Positions 12,084-21,504 are shown, counted from the stretch's first letter. The stretch is 64,000 nt of DNA from Bacillota bacterium (GCA_050257015.1 JBLMWC010000066.1:4311-68310), one strand, 5' to 3'. Translations and numbers: made by a program. Notes: generated from the sequence alone by a model not told the origin.

Positions 12084-13172
12084 GTGACGAGCACGAAGCG
12101 GAAGCGGCGCCCGGCAGCTGCGGCGAATCTCAGCATCGACCCGGCGGATTCGGCGGAGGCGGCGGGACTGATCTACGTGACCGACACCACCCCGGGGATC
12201 ACGCGGCGGAAATCCGGCAGCGGATTCCGCTACGTCGGCGCCGACGGGAAGCCGGTTCGTGACGCCGCCACGCTCGCGCGGATCCGCTCCCTGGCGATTC
12301 CGCCGGCGTACACCGACGTCTGGATCTGCCCCAGCCCGCGCGGCCACATCCAGGCAACCGGCCGCGACGCGCGCGGACGGAAGCAGTACCGCTACCACCC
12401 GAAGTGGCGCGACGTGCGGGACGAGACGAAGTTCGGCCGGATGCTCGCCTTCAGCGACGCGCTGCCGGCGATCCGCCGGCGGATCGCGCGCGACATGGCA
12501 CGTCCCGGCCTCCCGCGGGAGAAGGTGCTCGCCACCGTCGTGCGTCTGCTCGAGTGCACCCGCATCCGGGTCGGCAACGACGAGTATACCCGCGCGAATC
12601 GCTCGTTCGGCCTCACCACGCTTCGCGACCAGCACGTGGAGATCAACGGCGCGACCCTTCGCTTCGAATTCCGCGGCAAGAGCGGGAAGAAGCACACCGT
12701 CGGGCTCACCGACCGGGGGCTGGCCCGCATCGTCCGGCAGTGCCAGGCCATCCCCGGCGCGGAGCTCTTCCAGTACCTCGACGACGACGGTCAGCGGCAG
12801 ACGATCGGCTCCGGCGACGTGAACGGCTACATCCGCGAGATCACCGGACAGGAGTTCACCGCCAAGGATTTCCGCACCTGGGCGGGCACGATGCTGGCGG
12901 CGGAAGCCCTGGCCGGAATGGAGGCGGGGGATTCGGAGAGGGAGCGGAAGACGGCGATCGTCCAGGCGGTGGACGAGGTGGCGGGCCACCTCAACAACAC
13001 GCGCGCGATCTGCCGGAAGTACTACGTCCACCCGCTGATCTTCGAGAGCTTTCTGGCCGGCACGCTGGCCCGTCAGCTCGAGGCAAGCGGCAAACCGCCG
13101 GTGGGACTGACCTCGCACGAGGCCGCCGTCATCTCGCTCCTGAAGAAGGCGACGCGGGCTGCCGCCGCCTGA
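12084..13172 (+). CDS. DNA topoisomerase IB (poxvirus-like bacterial type)
   Basis: GTG start with GGAG upstream. Motifs IPPAYTDVWI, GRDARGRKQYRYHPKW and FRGKSGK are present. The tyrosine region ICRKYYVHP lies near the C-terminus. Confidence 0.85.
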   Translation: MTSTKRKRRPAAAANLSIDPADSAEAAGLIYVTDTTPGITRRKSGSGFRYVGADGKPVRDAATLARIRSLAIPPAYTDVWICPSPRGHIQATGRDARGRKQYRYHPKWRDVRDETKFGRMLAFSDALPAIRRRIARDMARPGLPREKVLATVVRLLECTRIRVGNDEYTRANRSFGLTTLRDQHVEINGATLRFEFRGKSGKKHTVGLTDRGLARIVRQCQAIPGAELFQYLDDDGQRQTIGSGDVNGYIREITGQEFTAKDFRTWAGTMLAAEALAGMEAGDSERERKTAIVQAVDEVAGHLNNTRAICRKYYVHPLIFESFLAGTLARQLEASGKPPVGLTSHEAAVISLLKKATRAAAA

Positions 13173-13173
13173 G

Positions 13174-13569
13174 TCAGAGCGGCAGCTTCTGCTGCTCGAC
13201 GCTGACCGGGCGGTCGGCGTCGTCGCGGGTTCCCCACGACACGTGCAGGGCAGGACGGATCTGGATGCGAAGCGGGCGGAGACCGGTCTGCTCATCGAAG
13301 TGGGCCACGAGCGATTCCCGCCCGCGGAACTTGTCGGCTTCGACACCGCGAACCCGGGTGAGATCGAGATAGAGGAGCTCGTAGCCGTCACGGGTCCAGC
13401 GAAGCGTCATCGTGCCGTAGACCGGCTCGATGAGACATTCGAGCTGGTCCTTGCCCTGCCGCGTCTCGAAGCTCAGCGCGTTCTCGCGCCAGGGCACGTT
13501 CGGATGCAGAAGCGACGGCTCGACACCAAAGAGCCCGCGGAGCTCGTCCTCGTCGGGAAACGGGTCCAT
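13174..13569 (-). CDS. hypothetical protein (131 aa)
   Basis: ORF 13174..13635 trimmed to ATG 13569 (MDPFPDEDEL). GC3-rich. No domain recognised. Confidence 0.5.
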   Translation of the reverse strand: MDPFPDEDELRGLFGVEPSLLHPNVPWRENALSFETRQGKDQLECLIEPVYGTMTLRWTRDGYELLYLDLTRVRGVEADKFRGRESLVAHFDEQTGLRPLRIQIRPALHVSWGTRDDADRPVSVEQQKLPL

Positions 13570-13696
13570 GTGGTCCTCGCTCGCGATGTGACCAGCCGTT
13601 CCACCAGCCAAGCATGCCTCACGATGTCCCCCCATATATCGAAGGAGAGGACGCTGCTGCGGGGTCCTGCGTCACACATGGCGGGGTTGGCAGGCG

Positions 13697-14581
13697 GTGA
13701 TACCTTTGGTGATGCCCCAGCCACTTCGTCTCTCCGCCGTCGCCGCCCTGCTGCTGCTCACCGCCTGCGGGCGTGATGCCGGCACGCCCCCCTCCCACCG
13801 CGGATTCGAGCCCGGGATGCCGGTCGCCCGGTTTCGCCAGACCGCCGCGGCGGTCGGTCCGCTCAATTGCGAGCCATTCGATGTCGAGGGGCTGGCCGCC
13901 AACCAGCTCTGCACCGCCACGAGCCCGGCCGGCGGCGTGCGGGTCGTCGGCGCGCTGGGCGGGGCGGACAGCACCGTTCCGTACGTCGTCGTACAGGAAG
14001 CCGATTCAGTCGGCGGCTACGCAGCGCTCACTCGCGAGTGGGGGGCCCCCGATACGCTGGTGGAGACCGGCCGGCGGTGGCGGCGCGGCCGATGGATCGC
14101 GGATGCCGATATCGAGGGTGACCGGCTCACCATCTGGATGACCGACACCGCGACCGAGGCCCGGATCGCCCGGCACACCCTCGCAGCGGCCCGGGCACTC
14201 GCCGACACGATGCCGGTGCGGAACGTCCTGAGCGCCGTGCTCGACACCATTCGCCGTACCTCGCCGCCCGGCGCACCGATTCCCGCGTCGCCGGAGGAGG
14301 TCGACGCGCCACCGCACGCCATCGCCTGCCGCCAATCCCCGGTGCCGGCCGCCCTCGCGGGGATCGACGGCGCGGTCTCCCTGCTGTACGTGGTGGACAC
14401 GACCGGCCGCGCCGAGCCGGCGAGCGTGCGGGTGCTGGAGGCCAGCCGGCGCGGGTTCGTCGACCCCGCCATCAGCACGATCGGCACCTGCACCTTCCGC
14501 CCGGGAATGCAGCACGGTGCGCCGGTGCGCGTCCTGGTGCGGCAGCAGATCGGGTTCCACCCGGAACCGGGAAAGAAGTGA
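13697..14581 (+). CDS. lipoprotein with TonB-C-terminal-like domain
   Basis: Lipobox LLLLTAC. The C-terminal ~80 aa (GAVSLLYVVDTTGRAEPASVRVLEAS...FRPGMQHGAPVRVLVRQQIGF) resemble the TonB C-terminal fold pattern. The start may instead be ATG 13712. Confidence 0.6.
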   Translation: MIPLVMPQPLRLSAVAALLLLTACGRDAGTPPSHRGFEPGMPVARFRQTAAAVGPLNCEPFDVEGLAANQLCTATSPAGGVRVVGALGGADSTVPYVVVQEADSVGGYAALTREWGAPDTLVETGRRWRRGRWIADADIEGDRLTIWMTDTATEARIARHTLAAARALADTMPVRNVLSAVLDTIRRTSPPGAPIPASPEEVDAPPHAIACRQSPVPAALAGIDGAVSLLYVVDTTGRAEPASVRVLEASRRGFVDPAISTIGTCTFRPGMQHGAPVRVLVRQQIGFHPEPGKK

Positions 14582-14666
14582 CGCACGTCGCGGCAGCCCG
14601 GGAGCCCGAAGGCCATGATGAGCGGACGATTGGCACGATCACACCAACCGGAAGGCGGGAGGAACC

Positions 14667-15260
14667 GTGACCCTCAAGAGCAAGATCGCCAAGGCCGCCG
14701 CAGTCGGGGCCGCCGCCGGGGTTGCCGCAGGAGCGGCGCTGCTCCTCCGGAACAAGAAGACGCGGAAGAAGACCAGGAAGCTGGTCGAGCGGGTGGCGGG
14801 AGAGGCACGGAAGCGCGGCGGGAAGCTCGCAGCTGCCGGCGAGAAGCAGGCGAAGGAGCTCGCCACCAGCGGGCGGAAGAAGGCGAAGAAGCTCGCTGCC
14901 GAAGGCAAGAAGCAGGCGAAGGCGGTCGCGCGCGACGGACGGAAGCAGGCCAAGGCTCTCGCCGCCGAGGGGCGGAAGACGGCCAGGAAGGCCGGCAAGG
15001 ACGCGCGGGCAACAACCGTCCGCATCGTTCGCGAGGTGAGCCGGAGCAGCCGGAAGAAGGGGACGGTGCGGGCGCTCGCCGGCGCGGCGGCCGGAGTCGC
15101 CGCACGGGCCGCGGGGCGTGCCGCGCTGGCGGCGATCGCGGACGCCACGTCTCGCAAGCAGGATTCCTCACGGACGACACGCCGCCCGCGCGCGCCGCGC
15201 GCGCAGGAGACCGGCGCGACACTCGGGCCCGACGGGATGCCCGGCCCCTTCGGCGTCTAG
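14667..15260 (+). CDS. YtxH-like basic protein with Lys/Ala-rich 11-residue repeats
   Basis: GTG start with GGAGG upstream. The N-terminal Gly/Ala zipper helix KAAAVGAAAGVAAGAALLLRNKKTRKK is YtxH-like. Five 11-mers follow. Confidence 0.6.
   Translation: MTLKSKIAKAAAVGAAAGVAAGAALLLRNKKTRKKTRKLVERVAGEARKRGGKLAAAGEKQAKELATSGRKKAKKLAAEGKKQAKAVARDGRKQAKALAAEGRKTARKAGKDARATTVRIVREVSRSSRKKGTVRALAGAAAGVAARAAGRAALAAIADATSRKQDSSRTTRRPRAPRAQETGATLGPDGMPGPFGV
14823..14987 (+). repeat. five tandem 33-nt (11-aa) coding repeats inside the YtxH-like gene
   Basis: KLAAAGEKQAK / ELATSGRKKAK / KLAAEGKKQAK / AVARDGRKQAK / ALAAEGRKTAR. Confidence 0.6.
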
Positions 15261-16405
15261 TCCCGGCTGAGGGCGGGCGGCGCGATACGCGCGCCGCCCG
15301 CGCCTTCGAGCCCCCGGCGGTACGCCGCCCGGAGCAGCTCCTGGAAGTGATGGACCCCCGCCTCGTATTTCACCGAGAACCGACCGCGATCATAGGCCCG
15401 GGAGCCGAGCCCCTGCTGCACCCGCGCGCAGATGGCGGCATCCTCCGCCTGAACGGCGTCGCTGTACGCCACATCCTCCTCGATCCGCGTCCGGGCTGCT
15501 GGTGACTCCACGTCGTCGTGGAAGTAGCGGAAAACGACTTCACAGCGGTCGTGAGCCAGCGGCCTCACGTGGTTCGTCTGCAGCCGCCCGGGAAGGATGT
15601 TGAGCATGAAGTTGGGGAACAGGCAGTAGTAGAAGGCGTCGCCGCCGCCGTCCCGCGAATAGAGACTGTTCTCGCCGGTGAGCGGCGAGTACTGGAGCGA
15701 GTACCAGTCGAAGACCTCGGTGACGTACTGCTGGTAGTCGTACAGCTTCACCAGCTCCGGATGGACGTAGGGGACGTGATACCCCTCGAGATAGTTGTCC
15801 ACGTACACCTTCCAGCCGGCCTGCACTTCGTAGCGCACCTCGCGGGAGAAGCGGAGCGCGTCGAGACGCATCGGCGCGATGCGCTCGGCGATCCCCGCCG
15901 TGAACGTCTCGAGCGGGGGCGCGGCCGGATCGAGATTCACGAAGACGAGTCCCTGCCAGGTCTCGACCCGGATCGGGACGAGACTGAAGTCGGCGCGGTC
16001 GAAGAGCTCGGTCCGGTCCATCGCCGGCACGCCGCGCAGCGTCCCGTCGAGGAGGTAGGTCCAGCCGTGATACTTGCACTGGAGCGCGCGGGCGCACCCG
16101 TCCTCCAGCGCGAGCGGGCCGCCGCGATGGCGGCAGACGTTGAAGAAGGCTCGAAGGACCCCATCCTTCCCGCGAACCACGATGACGGGGTCGTCGGCCA
16201 CCGTCGCGACGAGGTATTGCCCTTCGGCGGCGACCTGCGCCGCATGGCCCACGTTCTGCCAGGTCCGCGCGAAGACGAGCTCACTGTCGATCGCATGAAA
16301 CCGCGGGTCGGTATACCAGGCCGACGGGATCGTCTCCGCGCGTGCGAGCGGTTCGTTCGCAAGGGCCGTCGGGTCGATCGCCTGAAGGTCGGGAGGCTGG
16401 CGCAT
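15257..16405 (-). CDS. Rieske [2Fe-2S] non-haem-iron oxygenase alpha subunit, choline-monooxygenase-like
   Basis: ORF 15257..16861 trimmed to ATG 16405, which shares 1 nt with the upstream stop. Rieske motif CRHRGGPL...CKYHGW. Mononuclear iron motif WKVYVDNYLEGYHVPYVHP. Confidence 0.85.
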   Translation of the reverse strand: MRQPPDLQAIDPTALANEPLARAETIPSAWYTDPRFHAIDSELVFARTWQNVGHAAQVAAEGQYLVATVADDPVIVVRGKDGVLRAFFNVCRHRGGPLALEDGCARALQCKYHGWTYLLDGTLRGVPAMDRTELFDRADFSLVPIRVETWQGLVFVNLDPAAPPLETFTAGIAERIAPMRLDALRFSREVRYEVQAGWKVYVDNYLEGYHVPYVHPELVKLYDYQQYVTEVFDWYSLQYSPLTGENSLYSRDGGGDAFYYCLFPNFMLNILPGRLQTNHVRPLAHDRCEVVFRYFHDDVESPAARTRIEEDVAYSDAVQAEDAAICARVQQGLGSRAYDRGRFSVKYEAGVHHFQELLRAAYRRGLEGAGGARIAPPALSRD

Positions 16406-17898
16406 CAGCGTGACTCCTTCGGGATCCAGACCGTCATGTGCTCGAGCCGCGCGAGCGGCGCAAGACCGAGCACCGCGGCCAGGAAGCCGGGCGGGTCCAT
16501 CGGACGGTAGGCTTCGTCGAATCCGACGACCGCACCGTGCTGCTCCTCGAGCGTCCCGGCGAAGTCGCGCAGCGTCGTGGCGTCCGCCGTGTCGGGAAGC
16601 TCGCGCGATGGCCGCCCGGTGAGGAAGTAGACCAGCATCGGGTTGTTGGAGAAGAGCTGGTAGCGGTCGCCATCGGTCTGGAGCCACCGCTGCTCCGCCG
16701 ATGGCTGCCACTTCCGGCCGGAGTAGCCCCAGCCGTCCTCGCCCAGCCCCTCGAGCTGGTCGAGGTTCTCGAGCGTTCCGCCCACGGCCCAGGCGAGGAC
16801 GCCGGCCGCGACCGCGCCCCGCACCGGTGGGCTCCACGCGGACCAGCGGATGCGCAGACACGCCGCGGCGACCACGATCGCCAGCAGGAAGAGCGGCGAC
16901 AGCAGCCGCTCATCGAACGGAATCCCTCCTCCCACGAAGGCGCGCGAGAAGAGGAGCACGCCGGCGTAGCAGAGCGCGAGGAGACCGGCCGCGTTGAAGA
17001 GGCGCCGGCGGCCGGTCGCGCGGGCATCGCGCGGCATCCGCCGAAGGGTGCGCCGCACCAGCCAGACCGCCCCGATGAAGAGCGCGGCCGCAAGGAGCCA
17101 CCGGATCGTCGTGCCGCCGAGCGAAGGCGTGAGCCACTCCGCGGTCGTCCTCATCCCCTCGCGCAGCGTCGCGGGAAGGCCGCGCTGCAGATGCGTCACC
17201 GGCGGCGCTTCCGCCCCGACCGCGTGCAACCGCACCTTCCACCAGGTGTGCAGGACCACGACCGGAAGCGCCGCCTCGAGCGCGCGCTCCACGCGCTCCC
17301 GCCAGGGCCCGCTCCGGCGGAACGCCCACAGGACGGCGGCGATGCCGACCGCGATCCCCGCATAGCGGACCGACTCCGCCGCCGCCGCCGCGAGCCCCGC
17401 GAAGAACGGCCGCTCGGGCCGCCGCACCATCGCGGCGAGTGCGAGCGTCAGGCACATGAGAAAGAGCGGCTCGCTCAGGACTCTGATGTAGTTGTCGAAG
17501 AGCGCCGGCGTGGCGGCGAGGAGCAGCGCGGCGATGACGCCGGCCGGGGTGCCGGCGGTGGACTGCAGCAGGAGCACGATCGTGAGCACCATGACGAATG
17601 CGGCGATCGCCTCGACCCAGCGCGCCGCCTGGACCGGCGAGAGTCCCGCGCCGACGCCGACCGCGATCGCCGCCGGGAAGCCGGCCGGGAACTGGGCCAG
17701 CGCGGAAGTGCTGTCGGTGTCCCACCAGTCCGCGTCGGGAATGCGAAGGCGGCCGGTGCGTGCCAGCGACTCACCGGCGCCGGCGTACGACATCGCGTCG
17801 GGATCGAGGCCGGGCGCGGGCGGACGGCTGATGAACAGGACAGCGCCGCAGGCAAGGGCGCCGGCCACGAGCGCCGCGACGACGCGAGCCCGGATCAC
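16405..17898 (-). CDS. polytopic membrane protein, GT-C / ArnT-PMT-like glycosyltransferase (putative)
   Basis: The real gene is the C-terminal 497 codons of ORF 16405..19152, starting at GTG 17898 (GTGA overlap with the decarboxylase stop). There are more than 10 hydrophobic helices. The first loop, LDPDAMSYAGAGESLARTGRL, resembles the DExxYxxxA loop of GT39/PMT_2 enzymes. A soluble tail of ~110 aa follows. Confidence 0.6.
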   Translation of the reverse strand: MIRARVVAALVAGALACGAVLFISRPPAPGLDPDAMSYAGAGESLARTGRLRIPDADWWDTDSTSALAQFPAGFPAAIAVGVGAGLSPVQAARWVEAIAAFVMVLTIVLLLQSTAGTPAGVIAALLLAATPALFDNYIRVLSEPLFLMCLTLALAAMVRRPERPFFAGLAAAAAESVRYAGIAVGIAAVLWAFRRSGPWRERVERALEAALPVVVLHTWWKVRLHAVGAEAPPVTHLQRGLPATLREGMRTTAEWLTPSLGGTTIRWLLAAALFIGAVWLVRRTLRRMPRDARATGRRRLFNAAGLLALCYAGVLLFSRAFVGGGIPFDERLLSPLFLLAIVVAAACLRIRWSAWSPPVRGAVAAGVLAWAVGGTLENLDQLEGLGEDGWGYSGRKWQPSAEQRWLQTDGDRYQLFSNNPMLVYFLTGRPSRELPDTADATTLRDFAGTLEEQHGAVVGFDEAYRPMDPPGFLAAVLGLAPLARLEHMTVWIPKESR

Positions 17899-19358
17899 CC
17901 GGCGGGCGCGGCCGCGACGTCTCCTGCGGCAAGCAGGCCCCGCGCCGCTTCGGCCAGGCCGTCGAGCAGCGCGCTGGCATGGCTGGACGTCGTGCGCGGA
18001 TTCATGATCGTCACCCTGAGCACCCGCCGGCCGCCGAGTACGGTGGTGGTGATCCAGCCGGCGCCGGAGCGGTTGTACGCTTCGCGGAGCCGCCGGTTCA
18101 GCTCGTCGAGCTCCGGCTCGCCCACACCGGGCGCGACGTAGCGGAAGCAGAGGATGTTCGACTCCGGCTCGTGCATCGCCATGAAGTCGGGCCGCTCGCC
18201 GATCTCCTGCCACAGGCCGTGCGCCACGGCGCAGAGATGATCGTGCAGCGCCGCGAGGCCGCGGAGCCCGTAGCGCTGCAGCGCGACCCAGAGCTTGAGC
18301 ACGTCGACGGGCCGGGAGCAGAGGAAGCTCCGCACCCCCTGATCCCAGGTGTACCCGCCCGGCGCGTGGAAGAGATACGGCGCCCGCTGGGCAAAGGCGC
18401 GCTCCAGCTCCGCTTCGTCGCGGACGAGCAGCATGCCGGTGCCGAGCGGCATGAGGAGAAGCTTGTGCGGATCCCAGGCGATCGAGCGCGCGCGGTTGAT
18501 GCCGTGGACCCGGTGGCGGTGCGTCTCGGAGACGAGGGCGGAGGCGCCGTGCGCGCCGTCCACGTGCAGCCAGATGTCCCGCTGCTCGCAGAGCCGCCCG
18601 ATCGTCTCGAGGTCGTCGAACGAGCCTGTAGCCGTGGATCCGGCGGTGGCGACGACCGCCATGACGGAGAGCCCGTCGCGCGCGCAAGCGTCGAGACGCG
18701 CCGCGAGCGCTGCGGTATCCATGCGATAGTCGCGCGAGGGAACTGCGAGCGCCTGACGCCGCCCGAGTCCGAGCTGCGCGACGGCGCGGGTGACGGCGTA
18801 GTGCGCGTGCTCGCCGGCCAGCACGACGGGCGGCGATGCCCCGACGCCCTCCTCCCAGGCATCGGGGAGGGCGCGCGCGCGGGCCGCGAGGAGCGCGGTG
18901 AATGTCGCCTCGGTGCCACCGGAGGTGAACGTGCCTCCCGAGCCGGCGCCGAGCTTCGCGAGGTCGCACATCCAGCGGATGACCTGGCGCTCGACCAGCG
19001 TCCCCACCGGTGACATCTCGCGCACGGCGACGGAGTTGTTCACCGCGGCCTTGAGCGCCTCGGTCCAGATCGACGCGGCCAGCGGCGCCGAGACCTGGTG
19101 GCCCATGCACATGGGGTGCGAGAGGCGATTTACGTCGGGAAGGATGTCGCACTCGATCCGCGCGAGCACATCGCCCAGCGGCCGGCCGTCGAGGGGCACC
19201 GGTTCGTCGAACCGCGCGGCCAGCGTCTCCGGCTCGGCCGACGAGGAGACGGGACCGTCTCCTCGTCGGGTGGATTCGAGGTAGCCGGCGATCAGTCCGG
19301 CGAACGCGGCGCCGGATTCCGCGCCGGCGTCCTGTTCGAGCTCCGCAATGATCGCCAC
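17895..19358 (-). CDS. group II pyridoxal-phosphate-dependent amino-acid decarboxylase
   Basis: 487 aa. Motifs HPMCMGHQ, GTFTSGGTEA, HVDGAHGA and the PLP-lysine motif SIAWDPHKLL. GTG start 13 nt after the FadJ-like stop. Confidence 0.85.
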   Translation of the reverse strand: MAIIAELEQDAGAESGAAFAGLIAGYLESTRRGDGPVSSSAEPETLAARFDEPVPLDGRPLGDVLARIECDILPDVNRLSHPMCMGHQVSAPLAASIWTEALKAAVNNSVAVREMSPVGTLVERQVIRWMCDLAKLGAGSGGTFTSGGTEATFTALLAARARALPDAWEEGVGASPPVVLAGEHAHYAVTRAVAQLGLGRRQALAVPSRDYRMDTAALAARLDACARDGLSVMAVVATAGSTATGSFDDLETIGRLCEQRDIWLHVDGAHGASALVSETHRHRVHGINRARSIAWDPHKLLLMPLGTGMLLVRDEAELERAFAQRAPYLFHAPGGYTWDQGVRSFLCSRPVDVLKLWVALQRYGLRGLAALHDHLCAVAHGLWQEIGERPDFMAMHEPESNILCFRYVAPGVGEPELDELNRRLREAYNRSGAGWITTTVLGGRRVLRVTIMNPRTTSSHASALLDGLAEAARGLLAAGDVAAAPAG

Positions 19359-19371
19359 AAGGGGATCGGAC

Positions 19372-21504
19372 TCAGTCGGGATAGAACTTCCTCCCCTCGC
19401 TCGCCATCGCCGCCAGCGCGGGCGCCGGGGCGAACCGCTCGCCGTAGACCGAGGCGAGCTCGCTGAGGACCTCCGCCACCCGCCGGGGCCCGAGATCGTC
19501 GATCATCCGGAGCGGCCCGCCGCGAAACGGCGGGAAGCCGATGCCGAAGAGCGCGCCGATGTCGCCATCCCGCGGCGAGCGGATGACCCCTTCACTCGCG
19601 GCCATCGCCGCTTCGTTAAGCATCGCGTACACCAGGCGCTGCTCCACCATGGTGGGAGCCACGCCTTCGCGCGGCTTGATCCCGAGGAGCGCGTAGGCCG
19701 ACGGATCCACGCCGCTCTTCTTCCCGTTCTCGTACCGGTAGAATCCCCGCCCGCTCTTTCGGCCGAGCCGCCCGTCGGCCACCATCTTCGCGATGACGGG
19801 AGAGGGCGCGAGCCGGTCGCCGTACGCGTCGCGCATGACGCCGGCCGCCTTCTCGCCCACGTCGAGACCGACCTCGTCGAGGAGAGCGATGGGCCCGACC
19901 GGGAAGCCGAAGCGCGTCATCGTGCGGTCGATGAGCTCGACCGGCACCCCTTCACTCAGCAGCAACCCCGCCTCGTTGAGGTACGGCATGAGGATTCGGT
20001 TGACCCAGAACCCGGGGCGGTCGCCGACCACGATGACGGTCTTGCCCATCTTCCGGCCGAAGCGCACCGCGGTCACCGTCGCCACCGGAGAAGTGCCCGC
20101 GTGCGGGATGACCTCGAGGAGCGGCATCTTCGCGACCGGCGAGAAGAAGTGCATTCCCAGCACCCGCTCCGGTCGCTCGGCGCCGGACGCGATCTGCGCG
20201 ATCGGAATCGTCCAGGTGTTGGTGGCGCAGATCGCCTCCGGCCGGATCTCGCGCTCGACCTCCGCGAGCACCTGCCGCTTGACGCGGAGATCCTCGAAGA
20301 CCGCCTCGATCACGAGGTCGGCGCGGGTGAAGCCGCTGTAGTCGGCCGCGCCGCTCAGGAGGGCGCTCAGCCGCTGGTATTTCGGCTTCGTGAGCCGCCG
20401 GCGCTGGAGCCTTTCGTCGAGAATCGCCAGCGCCGCCTTCATCCCCTTCCCCACCCTCGGCAGCTCCGCGTCCTTGAGCCGCACTTCGACCTCGGCGTTG
20501 AGCACCGCGGTGCCGGCAATGCCGGAGCCCATGAAACCGGAGCCGACCACGCAGACACGCGTGACCGACGGCGCGGCGATGACCGTCCCGGGCGCGACTC
20601 CGTCATCCTTCTTGAGCGCCGTCGTCGCAAAGAAGATCTGCACCAGCTTCCGGGAGACGTCGCCCACGGCGAGCTGACCGAACCGACGGTGCTCCTCCTC
20701 GAGCCCCGCCCGCATGCCGTGCTCCAGCCCGACGCGCACGGCGTCGAGCGCGGCCAGCGGCGCCGGGAAGTGGCCGCCGGTCTTCCGGAGTACGCTCTTG
20801 TGCGCCTCCTTGTACACGATGCGCCGGCCGAACGGCGTCCGGTCGAGCAGCGCGCCGGCGACGCCGCCCCGCCCCGCGCGGAGCGGCACGCCTCGGCTGG
20901 CCATCCGATCCGCCGCGGCGACCGCGACCTGGCGCAGGATGCTCGCCGGCACCAGCTCGTCCACCATGCCGAGCCGATATGCCTTCTGCGCGCGCTCGCT
21001 CTTGCCCGCGAGGATGATGTCGAGTGCTGCGCGTACGCCGATAAGCCGGGGCAGCCGCTGGGTCCCGCCAGCGCCGGGCAACAGGCCGAGCTGCACCTCG
21101 GGAAGCCCGATCTGCGTCTTCGGGCTGTCGGTCGCGATCCGGTAGTGGCAGGCGAGCGCCAGCTCGAACCCGCCGCCCAGGCACGCACCGTTGATCGCCG
21201 CGATGACCGGCTTGGGGAAGTCGGCGACGCGGTTCATCGTCGCCTGGCCGTCGCGGCTCAGCGCCTCCGCGTCGGCCTGGGTACGGAGGCGGACGAACTC
21301 CTCGATGTCCGCCCCGGCGATGAAGGTGTCGGGCTTCCCCGAGATCAGCACCACCGCGCGCACCCCGCCATCGGTGGCGAGACGCTCGAGCAGTGCCTTG
21401 AATTCGTCGGAGACGGCGGCGTTCAGCTTGTTGACCGGCTCGCCCGGCAGATCGATCGTGACGACCGCGATCCCATTGTCGGTGGCGACGGTGAACGCGC
21501 TCAT
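19372..21504 (-). CDS. fatty-acid oxidation multifunctional alpha subunit (enoyl-CoA hydratase / 3-hydroxyacyl-CoA dehydrogenase), FadJ/FadB type
   Basis: ORF 19372..22518 trimmed to ATG 21504 (ATGA overlap with the thiolase stop). The N-terminus is crotonase-like (AVVLISGKPDTFIAGADI). Rossmann motif VCVVGSGFMGSGIA. Confidence 0.9.
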   Translation of the reverse strand: MSAFTVATDNGIAVVTIDLPGEPVNKLNAAVSDEFKALLERLATDGGVRAVVLISGKPDTFIAGADIEEFVRLRTQADAEALSRDGQATMNRVADFPKPVIAAINGACLGGGFELALACHYRIATDSPKTQIGLPEVQLGLLPGAGGTQRLPRLIGVRAALDIILAGKSERAQKAYRLGMVDELVPASILRQVAVAAADRMASRGVPLRAGRGGVAGALLDRTPFGRRIVYKEAHKSVLRKTGGHFPAPLAALDAVRVGLEHGMRAGLEEEHRRFGQLAVGDVSRKLVQIFFATTALKKDDGVAPGTVIAAPSVTRVCVVGSGFMGSGIAGTAVLNAEVEVRLKDAELPRVGKGMKAALAILDERLQRRRLTKPKYQRLSALLSGAADYSGFTRADLVIEAVFEDLRVKRQVLAEVEREIRPEAICATNTWTIPIAQIASGAERPERVLGMHFFSPVAKMPLLEVIPHAGTSPVATVTAVRFGRKMGKTVIVVGDRPGFWVNRILMPYLNEAGLLLSEGVPVELIDRTMTRFGFPVGPIALLDEVGLDVGEKAAGVMRDAYGDRLAPSPVIAKMVADGRLGRKSGRGFYRYENGKKSGVDPSAYALLGIKPREGVAPTMVEQRLVYAMLNEAAMAASEGVIRSPRDGDIGALFGIGFPPFRGGPLRMIDDLGPRRVAEVLSELASVYGERFAPAPALAAMASEGRKFYPD

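Noticed and set aside
14628-14645. TGGCAC upstream of the YtxH-like gene might be a sigma-54 -24 element.
   Set aside because: The required TTGC(A/T) at the -12 position is absent. The sequence is TGGCACGATCACACC.
16405-19152. Giant composite ORFs suggest 900-1000 aa proteins. These are 16405..19152, 19372..22518, 59508..62600 and 55332..58547.
   Set aside because: In each case the N-terminal part is Arg-rich junk read through the out-of-frame upstream gene. The genuine gene starts at an internal ATG or GTG that forms a 1-4 nt overlap with the upstream stop or follows a signal-peptide start.
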